Assembly (NCBI GenBank): GCA_041661795.1
Contig: JBAZTS010000005.1
Span: 768-64,767 of the forward strand
Source: Minisyncoccota bacterium
Lineage (GTDB): Bacteria; Patescibacteriota; Minisyncoccia; UBA6257; JAGOQP01
Length of the DNA: 64,000 nucleotides
Reading direction: 5' to 3'
Shown one piece after another: positions 9,955 to 20,164 of this stretch. Numbering within the stretch: the stretch's first letter is position 1; the number at the start of each line of letters is the position of its first letter. The notes beneath the pieces were generated by a model. The model saw only the letters and a list, made by a program, of their open reading frames with translations, had not been told where the DNA came from and did no database searches. A program made the position numbers and the translations under genes.

Positions 9955-11038
9955 CTAGAGATTTAATAAGTGTAATTTCCTTTTCCAATATATTTTTTAT
10001 ATCGTTATTTTTTAGAACAAAATCTCTAGCGTTTTTTGATATTTTTTCTCTAAGTTTTTTATCTTTTGTAAGCAATTCTATTTTGTGACAGATGTTTTCA
10101 GGGTTAAAATCACAAACAATTCCATTTTCTCTATCTTTTATAATCTGTTCGTGGCCGAGATATTTGCCGACAACACAGGCAAGTCCGCAGGACATAGCTT
10201 CTATAAGAACCTTTGGATATCCTTCTGAGAGAGAGGGGAGTAAGAAAATATCGGATTTCTGATAGTATTTTACAAGCTGATTATGTGGCACGGATGGGAT
10301 TATTTGATATCCGATATCGAGTTTAGCAATAAGATTTTTTTTAAGAGATCCATCTCCCACGAGAGTAATAAAATAATTAGAGCCGTTTTCTAAAATAGAT
10401 AGGGCTTCTGCCAGATTTAATATATTCTTTTCGGTCTCAAATCTTCCTATAAACAGTAAATTTATTTTTTTGTTTTCATTATTTATAGGTTTGAATATTT
10501 TAGTATCTACTCCATTGGGGAGTAGATTTATTTTCTTTTTATTAACCCCTCTTTTGAGCAGGTGATTTAGAGTGTTTTTATAAGTAACTATGTATTTATC
10601 GGGTCTATTGACCAAAAATCTTTCTAGAATATTCCAGATTATAGATTGTGTCTTTTTCTTTTGGGTTTTAAACAGATTGCCATAGATAAATCCGTAAGTG
10701 GCGATGATGGGTATTTTGTAAACAAATTTTGAGATGACGGCTGGAATTATGGGGGTCAACTGCATTAAGCGAATTACGGAACATTCTCTAATTTCTATTT
10801 TATTAATAAAGGGTAGAAAAAGATTATATAAATATGGGTTTATATTTCTTCTATTGGGAACCAGAAATACGTTCTTTATGGGAAAGCTATAAGTCTCGTT
10901 AATCCAACTGAAGATGTAAATTTTCTCAAAGTTTTTTGAGTATGGTTTTAAATAATATTCAATAAAGCGATTGTCTTGACCGACCCGCCTCATAATTTCC
11001 ATACTCTCCTTAAACGATAAAAATATGGCTAAATTCAT
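9941..11038 (-). CDS. Glycosyltransferase family 4
   Basis: PNGVD, LFIGRF, EGYPKVLIEAMSCG. Confidence 0.9.
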   Translation of the reverse strand: MNLAIFLSFKESMEIMRRVGQDNRFIEYYLKPYSKNFEKIYIFSWINETYSFPIKNVFLVPNRRNINPYLYNLFLPFINKIEIRECSVIRLMQLTPIIPAVISKFVYKIPIIATYGFIYGNLFKTQKKKTQSIIWNILERFLVNRPDKYIVTYKNTLNHLLKRGVNKKKINLLPNGVDTKIFKPINNENKKINLLFIGRFETEKNILNLAEALSILENGSNYFITLVGDGSLKKNLIAKLDIGYQIIPSVPHNQLVKYYQKSDIFLLPSLSEGYPKVLIEAMSCGLACVVGKYLGHEQIIKDRENGIVCDFNPENICHKIELLTKDKKLREKISKNARDFVLKNNDIKNILEKEITLIKSLDETS

Positions 11039-11046
11039 TTTGATTT

Positions 11047-12051
11047 TTAAAACAATTTATTCTTAATTTTTGCCAAGAGCCAAATAATCTGAAGGTATAG
11101 AAAAACAAGCGTGTCTTGGTACCCAATTCTTTTTTTATTAGTATTCCCACCGGCGACAGATTTTATAAAAGTAACATATTCATTGCTTTTCTGAGACATT
11201 AAGTAATTCGGAATAGCTGAGAAATATTTTTGATAGTTCCTTAAAACCATCTCTATTTTATTTATAAAATCGTCTTTGCTGTTAAAAAGTTCTCCTCCCC
11301 TTCCGATTAATTCGGGATTCCCTCCGCTATTTAAAGCCACCACAGGAAGTCCGCAAGAAAGGGCTTCAATAATAGCATTAGAGCACGGCTCGTCTTTGTT
11401 GGGAGATATAAAAATGTCACTCTCTTTTAGTTCCTTAGCTATTGATTCAGAATCTAAAATTCCCAGTTCTTTGATGTTTTTAAATTCTATTGGAGATCTG
11501 CCTATGAAAATCATATCATACTTCTTCCAATCAAAATGATTGTCCAAGTATTGATAATATTCAAATCCTTTATTCCAGTTATCTGACCAGCTGACGGATA
11601 TTAACCTGGTTTTGGCTTCTTTATTAAAACCTTTCCTACCCTCTTGATTAAATATTTTATTATCAGGGGCGTTATAAATTATTATTTCCTGATTATCGCT
11701 TTTAAATCCCAATTTCTTTGATCTATCCAAACACCATTTTGATTGGAAAATTGTTCCGCTGGCTATTTTGGAATTGACATAAAATATTATTTTGTCTATT
11801 ATTTTATTTTTTCCTCTAACCAGAGAAATTGGCCCGTCAACCCGGTGAATAAACGTCTTGTTGGGATATTTTTTAGCCAGCTTCCAAACTTGAGATATAT
11901 CTTGAAAGCTGTTAAAAAGAATCACATCTGATTTTAATAGGTCTTTCTCGTAAATACCAAGGTTAATAAACTCGTTTCTAAGTCCCTTTAGAAACTGATT
12001 TCCTCCTCCCCAGGGGGAATTTTTTATTGGAAAAAATATATTAATTTTCAT
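11047..12051 (-). CDS. Glycosyltransferase family 4
   Basis: WGGGNQF; EPCSNAIIEALSCGLPVV. Confidence 0.85.
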   Translation of the reverse strand: MKINIFFPIKNSPWGGGNQFLKGLRNEFINLGIYEKDLLKSDVILFNSFQDISQVWKLAKKYPNKTFIHRVDGPISLVRGKNKIIDKIIFYVNSKIASGTIFQSKWCLDRSKKLGFKSDNQEIIIYNAPDNKIFNQEGRKGFNKEAKTRLISVSWSDNWNKGFEYYQYLDNHFDWKKYDMIFIGRSPIEFKNIKELGILDSESIAKELKESDIFISPNKDEPCSNAIIEALSCGLPVVALNSGGNPELIGRGGELFNSKDDFINKIEMVLRNYQKYFSAIPNYLMSQKSNEYVTFIKSVAGGNTNKKRIGYQDTLVFLYLQIIWLLAKIKNKLF

Positions 12052-13120
12052 TTCTTTTTGTTAATTCAATGATTTTGCTAATAGCTTCTTCCCAAGTAAA
12101 TTTTTTAACCCAATTTTTGCCCTGTTCCGAAAGTTTTTTAGCCAACTGAGGGTTTCTAATTATATTTTTTATTTCTCTTGCCCACAAATTCTTGTCTAAA
12201 GGAATAACAATACCTCCTTCTCCTACGGTTTCTGGCAAAGCTCCTCTGTCGCTGGCAACGACTGGAACTCCGAGGGCCATGGCCTCAAGAGGAGCCAAAC
12301 CAAATCCTTCCATTAAGGATGGAAAAACGAATATTTTAGATTGTCTGATTGCCTGATCTTTTTCTTTGTTTTTCAGGTTCGAGAGAATAAATATATTATT
12401 TTCTAATCCTAGCTTCTTTATTTTATACCCCAATTTATTTTTTAGTGGTCCATTTCCTATAATATTTAGCTTGATCCCGTCATTTTTTAATTCTCTCATC
12501 AATTCGATCAGAAAATTTACATTTTTTCTTTTTATTAATTTTCCGCAGAAGGATATTTCGTTTTGTCTTTTAACTGCAATTGGCTCTGGCTGGTCAATTC
12601 CGGGATAAATTATAGATATTTTCTCTTTCTTAATTTTGTAATCGGTTTTTATCTGTTGAGCTGTTGTTTGTGAAGAGGTGATTATATGATCCCATTTATT
12701 GATAAACATTCTATCTATTAAATTAAAGACGATTTTGTCTTCGAAATGAAAATAAGTAGTAACCAGTTTAACTTCTTTAGCAAATACGTTTTTAAATATC
12801 CATGCGCCTATACCTACATAATAGGGAGAATGAATTCTTAAAATCTTGAAATGAGTTTTTTTGTATATGGATATTAATTGGAGGATTATCGCTAAGTTAA
12901 AAAGATATGAATAGTGAATGAAAGGAATTTTTATATGGTGGACAAACCAATTTTTTTGATTTTGGTCATATTCTTTTCCGTAAGGAAGGATAATTTCTAC
13001 TTTTACACCTTTGTCGGCTAATCCCTTTAATATTTTCTCGTCATAAACCTCTCCACCGGCATCGGAATTTGGTTTTAATCCATATTGAGGAGAACATATA
13101 ACAATATCTTGTTTTTTCAT
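12041..13120 (-). CDS. Glycosyltransferase family 4
   Basis: EGFGLAPLEAMALGVPVV. Confidence 0.9.
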   Translation of the reverse strand: MKKQDIVICSPQYGLKPNSDAGGEVYDEKILKGLADKGVKVEIILPYGKEYDQNQKNWFVHHIKIPFIHYSYLFNLAIILQLISIYKKTHFKILRIHSPYYVGIGAWIFKNVFAKEVKLVTTYFHFEDKIVFNLIDRMFINKWDHIITSSQTTAQQIKTDYKIKKEKISIIYPGIDQPEPIAVKRQNEISFCGKLIKRKNVNFLIELMRELKNDGIKLNIIGNGPLKNKLGYKIKKLGLENNIFILSNLKNKEKDQAIRQSKIFVFPSLMEGFGLAPLEAMALGVPVVASDRGALPETVGEGGIVIPLDKNLWAREIKNIIRNPQLAKKLSEQGKNWVKKFTWEEAISKIIELTKRNEN

Positions 13121-13812
13121 TTTCTTATTATCGCCAAAAATCTAACCACAAAACCCATTAAAAGCATAAGTGATCGATTTCTGGAAGTTATACCTGTTTT
13201 ATTTTGTCTATATTTTAACAGAAACTGGGGAATATTGGCTGTTTTAAACTTGGAAACTATCCGCGTCCACAATTCGTAGTCCTCAACGTGTTTGAGCTTG
13301 GGATTATATAATCCAACCGTTTCCATGATTTCCTTTTTGAACATTACCGAGGGATGTATAAAAGGATTGTGGAATATTATTCTTCTTTTAATTTCTTCGT
13401 TGTTTATTGGAGTTTTGTATTCTCCCATTTCTTCTCCTTTTTCGTCTATTATTTTTGCCCAAGTTCCACAAATAGCTATTTCTTTGTTTAATTCTAAAAA
13501 TTTTATCTGTTCCTCTAATCGGGTTGGTAGAGAAATATCATCAGCGTCCATTCTGGCAATATAACTTCCCTTGGACATTTTAATTCCTTCATTCAATGAA
13601 TGGGTTAGTCCCTTATTCTCTCTGGAAATTATTTTTATGCGTGGATCTTGGTATGTTTTGATTGTATCTAAAGATTTGTCGGTTGAACCGTCATTTATGA
13701 TTATGAATTCGAAATCGGTAAATGTCTGGCTTAAGATGCTGTTTATAGCTCCTTTTAAGAATTTTTCTCCGTTATAAACAGACATTACAACGCTGATTTT
13801 TGGGTTATTCAT
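13117..13812 (-). CDS. Glycosyltransferase family 2
   Basis: ISVVMSVYN, INDGSTD, RMDADD. Confidence 0.92.
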   Translation of the reverse strand: MNNPKISVVMSVYNGEKFLKGAINSILSQTFTDFEFIIINDGSTDKSLDTIKTYQDPRIKIISRENKGLTHSLNEGIKMSKGSYIARMDADDISLPTRLEEQIKFLELNKEIAICGTWAKIIDEKGEEMGEYKTPINNEEIKRRIIFHNPFIHPSVMFKKEIMETVGLYNPKLKHVEDYELWTRIVSKFKTANIPQFLLKYRQNKTGITSRNRSLMLLMGFVVRFLAIIRK

Positions 13813-14927
13813 AATAAATTGTTATATTCCTCTACCATTTTATCTAACGAAAATTTTTGGCTATTTTCTTGGTTTTTCTTCCCGTATTCGCTTCTGACTG
13901 GTTCGTTTTTTATAAGAAAGTTAATTTTTTCAAAAACCTCCTTTTTATTTTCCAAAGAAAATAATTGTCTTTTGTCGTCGTTTAAAATTTCGGAGTTTCC
14001 TCCCGTATCTGATGCCAAAACAGGCAGTCCGGCTTTAGTCGCCTCTATCATTGTTAACGATAGTCCCTCATAGATTGAAGGAAGTATAAAGATATCAAAC
14101 CCTCCAAGAAGCTCTGAGGCGTTTTTTATACCACCCAGCATAAAGAAGTTGCTCTCAATATTTAATTTGGATATAAAATTTTGATAACGTGGTTTCTCTG
14201 GTCCGTCTCCTATTAGAATAAAAGCCGTATCGGGATTTTCTTTGATAAGCACTGGGGCGGTTTCCATTAGTAATTCATAATTTTTGGGATAAGCTAATCT
14301 GCCTATTGATCCAATAATTAGTTTATTTGTTAATTTTTCTCCGATTATTTTCTCAAATATTTCTACACTTTCTTTTTTCGGAAGGAAATTTGCGTCTAAA
14401 CCGTTATGGATTATTTGTCCTCTTTTTATTAGTTTTGTTTTTAAAGCATATTCTAAATTGGTTTTGCTGACAAAAATATTTTTATCAACCAGAGGAAGTA
14501 ACAATTTAAACATTAACCAAAGAAAAAATTTGGACAAATGTTTTTTTGAATTTGGGTCTAAAAAGGATAATCCGTGGTGAGTAAATATTATTTGGGGTCT
14601 ATTTTTAACAAAACGCGCTCCAAGAGCGATAAAAAGAGCATTGGAACTATTAATTTGAATAACGTCAAATTGGGACTCAATGATATATTTTCTGGATTCT
14701 AAAACAAAAAACAAATTTTTTAGGGGAGAAAAACTTCTTGATAAGTTATAAAATCTTTTAAAATCTATCTTTTCTTCAGCCGCCGAATTTTCCAAAAAAT
14801 CTCCTTTATCATTGCCGATGGCTAAAGTTATAAAGTGTCCTTTATTTTTTAATCCGATGGCCAAATTTTTTGCAAAAATTTGAGCGCCTCCAAGTTCTCC
14901 TTTAGTTGTTACTATTAATATTTTCAT
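13809..14927 (-). CDS. Glycosyltransferase family 4
   Basis: GGAQ, IGRL, EGLSLTMIEA...GLPV. Confidence 0.9.
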   Translation of the reverse strand: MKILIVTTKGELGGAQIFAKNLAIGLKNKGHFITLAIGNDKGDFLENSAAEEKIDFKRFYNLSRSFSPLKNLFFVLESRKYIIESQFDVIQINSSNALFIALGARFVKNRPQIIFTHHGLSFLDPNSKKHLSKFFLWLMFKLLLPLVDKNIFVSKTNLEYALKTKLIKRGQIIHNGLDANFLPKKESVEIFEKIIGEKLTNKLIIGSIGRLAYPKNYELLMETAPVLIKENPDTAFILIGDGPEKPRYQNFISKLNIESNFFMLGGIKNASELLGGFDIFILPSIYEGLSLTMIEATKAGLPVLASDTGGNSEILNDDKRQLFSLENKKEVFEKINFLIKNEPVRSEYGKKNQENSQKFSLDKMVEEYNNLL

Positions 14928-16413
14928 CTTTTGGGACCGACAAATTTCTTACTGACTCAATTATTTTCCAAGTAAATTCTTCTTTAAACAAAGTCAACAT
15001 TGAGACGTAGATTAGTCCTCCAAGCAATATATTTATAATTATATTAACTCCCATCAAATCCAACAGATAAACGGCTATGCCCATAGCAATAAGAGAAAAT
15101 AAGGGCTTTGACCAATTAAACTTTGGGAAAATGTTAATTTCTTTGGAGAGTGAGAAATATAAATAACAAAGACCTATTATTTGATTAATTACAGTTGAAA
15201 GAGCTGCTCCGGCTATTCCCCATTGCGGTATAAAAATGATATTAAATAAAGCGTTCCCTAGGGTTGATAAGATGACATATTTTAATAATATTTTCTCTTT
15301 TCTTATGGCAAAAATAGCGTTTCCAAAAACCGTTGCTATAAAAGCGGGAAGATAAGTTAGATTCATTAAGAGAAAAGCGGTAACTCCCGGCAAGTATTCT
15401 GCGCCATACAGAAGAGATATTATTGATTTAGAGAGTATTATTCCTCCCAAAGATAAAGGGGCTGCCAGTAAGATGAGGGCATAAATCTCCTGTTTAGAAA
15501 GATAAGAGAATCTTTCTTTGTCTTGATAGCTTTTGGCAAGTGATGGAAAAAAAGCGGTAGCGATAAGAGCGGGGATTATATAAATTAACTGGACTATTCT
15601 TTGTCCGGCGCTGTAATATCCCACATCTTCTATATTAGAGAGCCATCCTATCATTACAGAATCGGTATTGAGCATTATGGCTCCCACAAGTCCCATCATC
15701 CCAAAAACCCAGCTTGATTTAAATATTTCTTTGACAAAAGAGAAAGAAAAATTCTTAAAGGGATTTTTGATAAAGCGTCTAAAGGGAATAAAAGCAACTA
15801 TCATACCTAGTCCCGTTCCAATAATGTATCCCAAAGCCAATGATTTTCCCGAAGCAACGTTGTTAATGGCTATAAATCCGGCAATAACAATAATTACATT
15901 TGTAAAAATTTGAATAAAAGATTCTATTTCCATTTTTTCCCAAGCGCGACATAAAGAAGCGCCAAAATCTCTTAGTGTATCAAAGAGAACCACCAGTATC
16001 ATTAAGGGAACTAACATGGCCACCAAGTTGGCGTCTGCTTGGGAAGATGTGATATGGGGAGCTAATAAAGGATAAACAACAACTAAAATTATTCCTATCA
16101 AAAGACCCATAAAAATCTTTAAAGCCAAAGCGGTAGAAAAATATTTTTCCTGTTTTGATTTATCGGAGGCGGCTTCTCTTGTTATAACCGCGTTTATTCC
16201 AAAATCGGCAAAAATGGTGAAAAAAGCGGCAATACTCAAAGCATAATTAAAAGCTCCAAATTCGGTGGCTCCAATAACTCGGGCGGCATATATCAAAATA
16301 GCTGCTCTTATTAAGCGGGATATGATGTTTCCAAAAAACAGCCAAAAAGTGTTTTTAACTATTGTCTGCTTGGCGGTTTTATTTTCAAATAGAAATGACT
16401 TTATCTTATTCAT
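14902..16413 (-). CDS. wzx: Wzx-type oligosaccharide flippase
   Basis: KQTIVKNTFWL start, many TM helices, VGYYSAG; ATG 16413 preferred over TTG 16425. Confidence 0.85.
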   Translation of the reverse strand: MNKIKSFLFENKTAKQTIVKNTFWLFFGNIISRLIRAAILIYAARVIGATEFGAFNYALSIAAFFTIFADFGINAVITREAASDKSKQEKYFSTALALKIFMGLLIGIILVVVYPLLAPHITSSQADANLVAMLVPLMILVVLFDTLRDFGASLCRAWEKMEIESFIQIFTNVIIVIAGFIAINNVASGKSLALGYIIGTGLGMIVAFIPFRRFIKNPFKNFSFSFVKEIFKSSWVFGMMGLVGAIMLNTDSVMIGWLSNIEDVGYYSAGQRIVQLIYIIPALIATAFFPSLAKSYQDKERFSYLSKQEIYALILLAAPLSLGGIILSKSIISLLYGAEYLPGVTAFLLMNLTYLPAFIATVFGNAIFAIRKEKILLKYVILSTLGNALFNIIFIPQWGIAGAALSTVINQIIGLCYLYFSLSKEINIFPKFNWSKPLFSLIAMGIAVYLLDLMGVNIIINILLGGLIYVSMLTLFKEEFTWKIIESVRNLSVPKDENINSNN

Positions 16414-16463
16414 TTTATATTTCAAACTCTTTACCCTTACCCCTTATCTCTTTACTCTATCTT

Positions 16464-17741
16464 TTAATAGTTGAAAAATACCATTTTTATGGTTCTTAAT
16501 ATTATCAGAAGATCCAAAGTTAACGAGCGATTCTTTATATAATAAATATCATACTGCATTTTGTTTCTGGTTTCTTCTACGGATAATCCATATCGATAAT
16601 TAACTTGAGCCCAGCCGGTCAGTCCGGGTTTTATTAAATGTCTTAAGTTGTAGTAGGGTATCTGCTTTTCAAATTCTTTAACAAATCCCAGCTGTTCCGG
16701 TCTTGGCCCTACAAAAGAAATATCTCCTTTGATTATATTAAGTAGCTGTGGGATTTCATCTAAATGAGTAAACCTAAGCACTTTTCCAATGGCAATAATT
16801 TTTTGGTCTTTTTCGTCAGTCATAGTTCTGAATTTGTAGATGATAAAATTTTTCTGGTTTTTACCCACGCGAACCTGTTTATATATTCCGGGTCCCCTTG
16901 AAGTAATTTTTATCAATACAAAAATTATCACCATTAAAGGCAAAAGAACAATCGCTAAGACCAAAGATATAAGAAATTCCAAAGGTCTTTTTATGGCTTG
17001 GTATATTTTTCTGCTTTTGGATATCTGGGTCATTAGAAAAATTTTCTGGCTTTCTTCTATGGGAGTTTTTTTAAACAATTCTTCATAAGCGGTAGCGCTG
17101 TCGGTTATTTCTAGTCCTTGTGATATTTTGTCATAAATAGTTTCAATTATATTTTTATTAACCAAATGAGGAACAAATATTATCTTGTTAATCTGATTTT
17201 CTCCTATAATCTTTTTTATTTCCAAATCGTTGTATTTATCGGGATCTTTTATTTGATAACTAATTTCATATCCCATCTGGGGATTTTTAATAAGAAATTC
17301 TGTCAGCTCTGATATTTCAGGACCAGTCCCAATTATCAGTGTTTTTCTTTGTGGGGTTTTTGAGATAAAACTGAAAATCCATCTCCAAGCAAAGGTAACT
17401 ACCATAAACAAAAATGAAAAAATAACCAAGTTTGTTTTTGGAGAGATGTAGAAATAAGGCACTAAGTAGAAAGTGACAATAGCCAAAATCATTCCTACCA
17501 GAACAGCCAAAAAAACGTTTTGGGCTATGTTATATCCAAATTTTAATTCTTTTATGTCATAGAGCCCTACTATATAGAAAGATATCAGCCACAACACAAA
17601 AACCACTGAAAATGGTCCCAAATGGTCCCCAAGAAAGCGGTTTATATCGCCGTATCTTAATAATAAGGTTAAAAACAGACAGCCATACAACAAAATTATA
17701 TCTCCGGCAATAAGTAGAATTTGCTTTATTCTTATCGGCAT
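16464..17741 (-). CDS. Priming sugar transferase (polyprenyl glycosylphosphotransferase, WcaJ/WbaP-like)
   Basis: YKFRTM, LDEIPQL, SFVGPRPE, KPGLTGWAQVN. Confidence 0.92.
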   Translation of the reverse strand: MPIRIKQILLIAGDIILLYGCLFLTLLLRYGDINRFLGDHLGPFSVVFVLWLISFYIVGLYDIKELKFGYNIAQNVFLAVLVGMILAIVTFYLVPYFYISPKTNLVIFSFLFMVVTFAWRWIFSFISKTPQRKTLIIGTGPEISELTEFLIKNPQMGYEISYQIKDPDKYNDLEIKKIIGENQINKIIFVPHLVNKNIIETIYDKISQGLEITDSATAYEELFKKTPIEESQKIFLMTQISKSRKIYQAIKRPLEFLISLVLAIVLLPLMVIIFVLIKITSRGPGIYKQVRVGKNQKNFIIYKFRTMTDEKDQKIIAIGKVLRFTHLDEIPQLLNIIKGDISFVGPRPEQLGFVKEFEKQIPYYNLRHLIKPGLTGWAQVNYRYGLSVEETRNKMQYDIYYIKNRSLTLDLLIILRTIKMVFFNY

Positions 17742-17794
17742 TTTATAATGGGCGTACTTTATTATTAAACATTGCTTAGTATAATCTTATCCTT

Positions 17795-18544
17795 ATGGAA
17801 AACACAAATCAAAGCAAAAACGGTCTTGTAATAGCCGGTAGTATAATAGTCGCTGGAGTTATCATTGCTGTTGCTTTAATCTATGCTGTCGGTTCGGGAA
17901 ACGGAGGAAACGTTGATGACAATAAAGATAATCCTGACAATAATACTGTCGTTGCCCAAGTGGGGGATGCTCCGGTATTAGGAGAAGAAAAGGCGCCTGT
18001 TACCATGATTGAGTTTGGAGATTTTCAGTGCCCGGCCTGTAACGTTTTTTATCAACAAATAGAACCTCTTTTAAGAGAAAATTACATAAATACTGGGAAA
18101 GCTAAGATGGCTTTTAAAACCCTTACTTTTATAGACAGCTTTGATGGAAGCAAAGACCCTAAAGAATCTTTTCTGGCCGGATCAGCCGGTGAATGCGCTA
18201 AAGAACAAGGAAAATTTTGGGCTATGCACGATGCTATTTATCAAGCCGAGAAAAAAGAAATGGACTTGGAGACCAGTTCAGAGAATAATGGAAATCTTGA
18301 TAAAGATTTCTTTCTAAAAACCGCCAAGGATCTAGAACTGGACGAAAATAAATTTCTTTCTTGTTTTAGCGACTCTTCAAAACATTTAAAAACTTTTGAG
18401 GATAATATGGGAGAAGCTGACGAGCTTATGGGAGGAAGAGTTTCTACTCCGACGTTATTTATCAACGGAAAAATGATTCAGGGTGTTTCACAATGGAGTG
18501 ATTATCAAAAAGCGATAGATGAGGCACTTGCTAAAACCAATTAA
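17795..18544 (+). CDS. dsbA: Membrane-anchored DsbA-family thiol-disulfide oxidoreductase
   Basis: N-terminal TM; EFGDFQCPAC; STPTLFING. Confidence 0.9.
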   Translation: MENTNQSKNGLVIAGSIIVAGVIIAVALIYAVGSGNGGNVDDNKDNPDNNTVVAQVGDAPVLGEEKAPVTMIEFGDFQCPACNVFYQQIEPLLRENYINTGKAKMAFKTLTFIDSFDGSKDPKESFLAGSAGECAKEQGKFWAMHDAIYQAEKKEMDLETSSENNGNLDKDFFLKTAKDLELDENKFLSCFSDSSKHLKTFEDNMGEADELMGGRVSTPTLFINGKMIQGVSQWSDYQKAIDEALAKTN

Positions 18545-18594
18545 CAGTTATCAACTTACAACTAACATAATTATTATTAATAATTTTAAATATT

Positions 18595-18837
18595 ATGGTA
18601 AAAATATATTCAACAGAGACCTGTCCTTACTGCGAGTTGGCTAAAAAATATTTTAGCAAAATAAACGTTGAGTACCAGGAGTTTAATGTTCAGAAAGACG
18701 AGGAATCCTTCAAAGAAATGGTCAAAAAATCATCCCAAATGGGAGTTCCAGTAATAGACATAGACGGAACGATTATTGTTGGTTTTGACAGAGAAGCCAT
18801 TGATCATGCTTTGGGGATAGCAGACCATCAACACTAA
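18595..18837 (+). CDS. Glutaredoxin/NrdH-like redoxin
   Basis: CPYC; QMGVPVIDIDG...GFD. Confidence 0.9.
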   Translation: MVKIYSTETCPYCELAKKYFSKINVEYQEFNVQKDEESFKEMVKKSSQMGVPVIDIDGTIIVGFDREAIDHALGIADHQH

Positions 18838-18841
18838 TTCT

Positions 18842-19753
18842 ATGTACGATCTTATAATAATTGGAGGAGGACCCTCAGGAGTTGCTGCTGGAATATATGC
18901 CTCAAGAAAGGCCTTAAAAGCCCTTCTTTTGACTAAAGATTTTGGCGGACAATCAATTAATTCGGCCAGTATAGAAAATTTTATAGGATTTAAATCAATT
19001 TCCGGAATTGATTTTGCCAAAAACCTTGAGGAGCACTTGAGGGCTCAAAAAGGAATAGAAATAAAAGATGGAGTTTTTGTAACCTCTATTAAAAAAGACG
19101 AGCAAGGTTTTAAGATAACCGACTCACAGGGGAACGTCTTTCAATCAAAGACGATTCTTATTACTTTAGGAAGCAGTTATAAAAAACTTAATATTCCCGG
19201 GGAAAAAGAATTTGAGGGCAAAGGAGTTTTTTATTGCTCTATTTGCGATGCTCCGTTGATGAAAGATAAGGTTGTGGCAGTTATCGGGGGAGGCAATAGT
19301 GGACTTGAGTCGGCTATGGACCTAGTCCCTTATGCTTCTAAAATTTTCATACTTGAACATTCCGACAAACCCAAAGGGGATCAGGTGACATTGGAAAAGA
19401 TAGTTTCTAGTGGCAAAGTTGAATTACTTACTAACTCTAAAACGGAAAAAATTGAAGGCGAGCAATTCGTTAATAGTTTGGAGTATATAGATTCAAAAAG
19501 TGGAGAAAAGAAAAGATTAGAAGTTTCAGGAATTTTTGTGGCTATTGGATATAAACCCAACACCGATTTAGTTAAAGATCTGGTAAAACTGGATGATTAC
19601 GGAAGAATTGTTGTTGATCATAGAACTTATCAGACGTCTTGTACTGGAATTTGGGCGGCGGGAGATATAACCGATGGGCTTTATAACCAGATAAATCCAG
19701 CCATAGGTGACGCCATTAAGGCCGTTTTGAATATAAACGATTTTCTTAAGTAA
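18842..19753 (+). CDS. trxB: Thioredoxin-disulfide reductase (TrxB/AhpF-like)
   Basis: IIGGGPSG, YCSICD, VIGGGNSG, AAGDI. Confidence 0.9.
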   Translation: MYDLIIIGGGPSGVAAGIYASRKALKALLLTKDFGGQSINSASIENFIGFKSISGIDFAKNLEEHLRAQKGIEIKDGVFVTSIKKDEQGFKITDSQGNVFQSKTILITLGSSYKKLNIPGEKEFEGKGVFYCSICDAPLMKDKVVAVIGGGNSGLESAMDLVPYASKIFILEHSDKPKGDQVTLEKIVSSGKVELLTNSKTEKIEGEQFVNSLEYIDSKSGEKKRLEVSGIFVAIGYKPNTDLVKDLVKLDDYGRIVVDHRTYQTSCTGIWAAGDITDGLYNQINPAIGDAIKAVLNINDFLK

Positions 19754-19804
19754 ACCCGTTCGCTCTGTTATAAAAGGGGCGATTTTTTGTTATAATAAAC
19801 AGTA

Positions 19805-20161
19805 ATGATTTTCATATTTGTCATTAAAACCGTTTACTACCGATTCCTTTATTTTTTCAAACACTGGTATGTGGACAGTTTTTATGTGATTAAGGGATGG
19901 ACTATGGGGCGCGTTAGAATCTTGGAAAAACGCTTAGCTCTTAGAATAAATCTTCATTTTTTATTTTCTCCCCTTTATCAGGAATATAATATATACGGGT
20001 ATGTTTTAGGTTTTCTTTTCAGATTATTTAAGATTATTACTGGGGGAATTTTCTATTTAATATTAGTGTTGTTGGGGGCTTTTGTTTATCTAGCGTGGAT
20101 TATCATCCCATTGTTTTTTGTTTATAAAATCTTTTTTGATGGCGTTAATTTAAATTTCTAA
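19805..20161 (+). CDS. Small membrane protein co-transcribed with the Clp ATPase
   Basis: Hydrophobic C-terminal half; extended -10 TGTTATAAT just upstream. Confidence 0.7.
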   Translation: MIFIFVIKTVYYRFLYFFKHWYVDSFYVIKGWTMGRVRILEKRLALRINLHFLFSPLYQEYNIYGYVLGFLFRLFKIITGGIFYLILVLLGAFVYLAWIIIPLFFVYKIFFDGVNLNF

Positions 20162-20164
20162 AAA

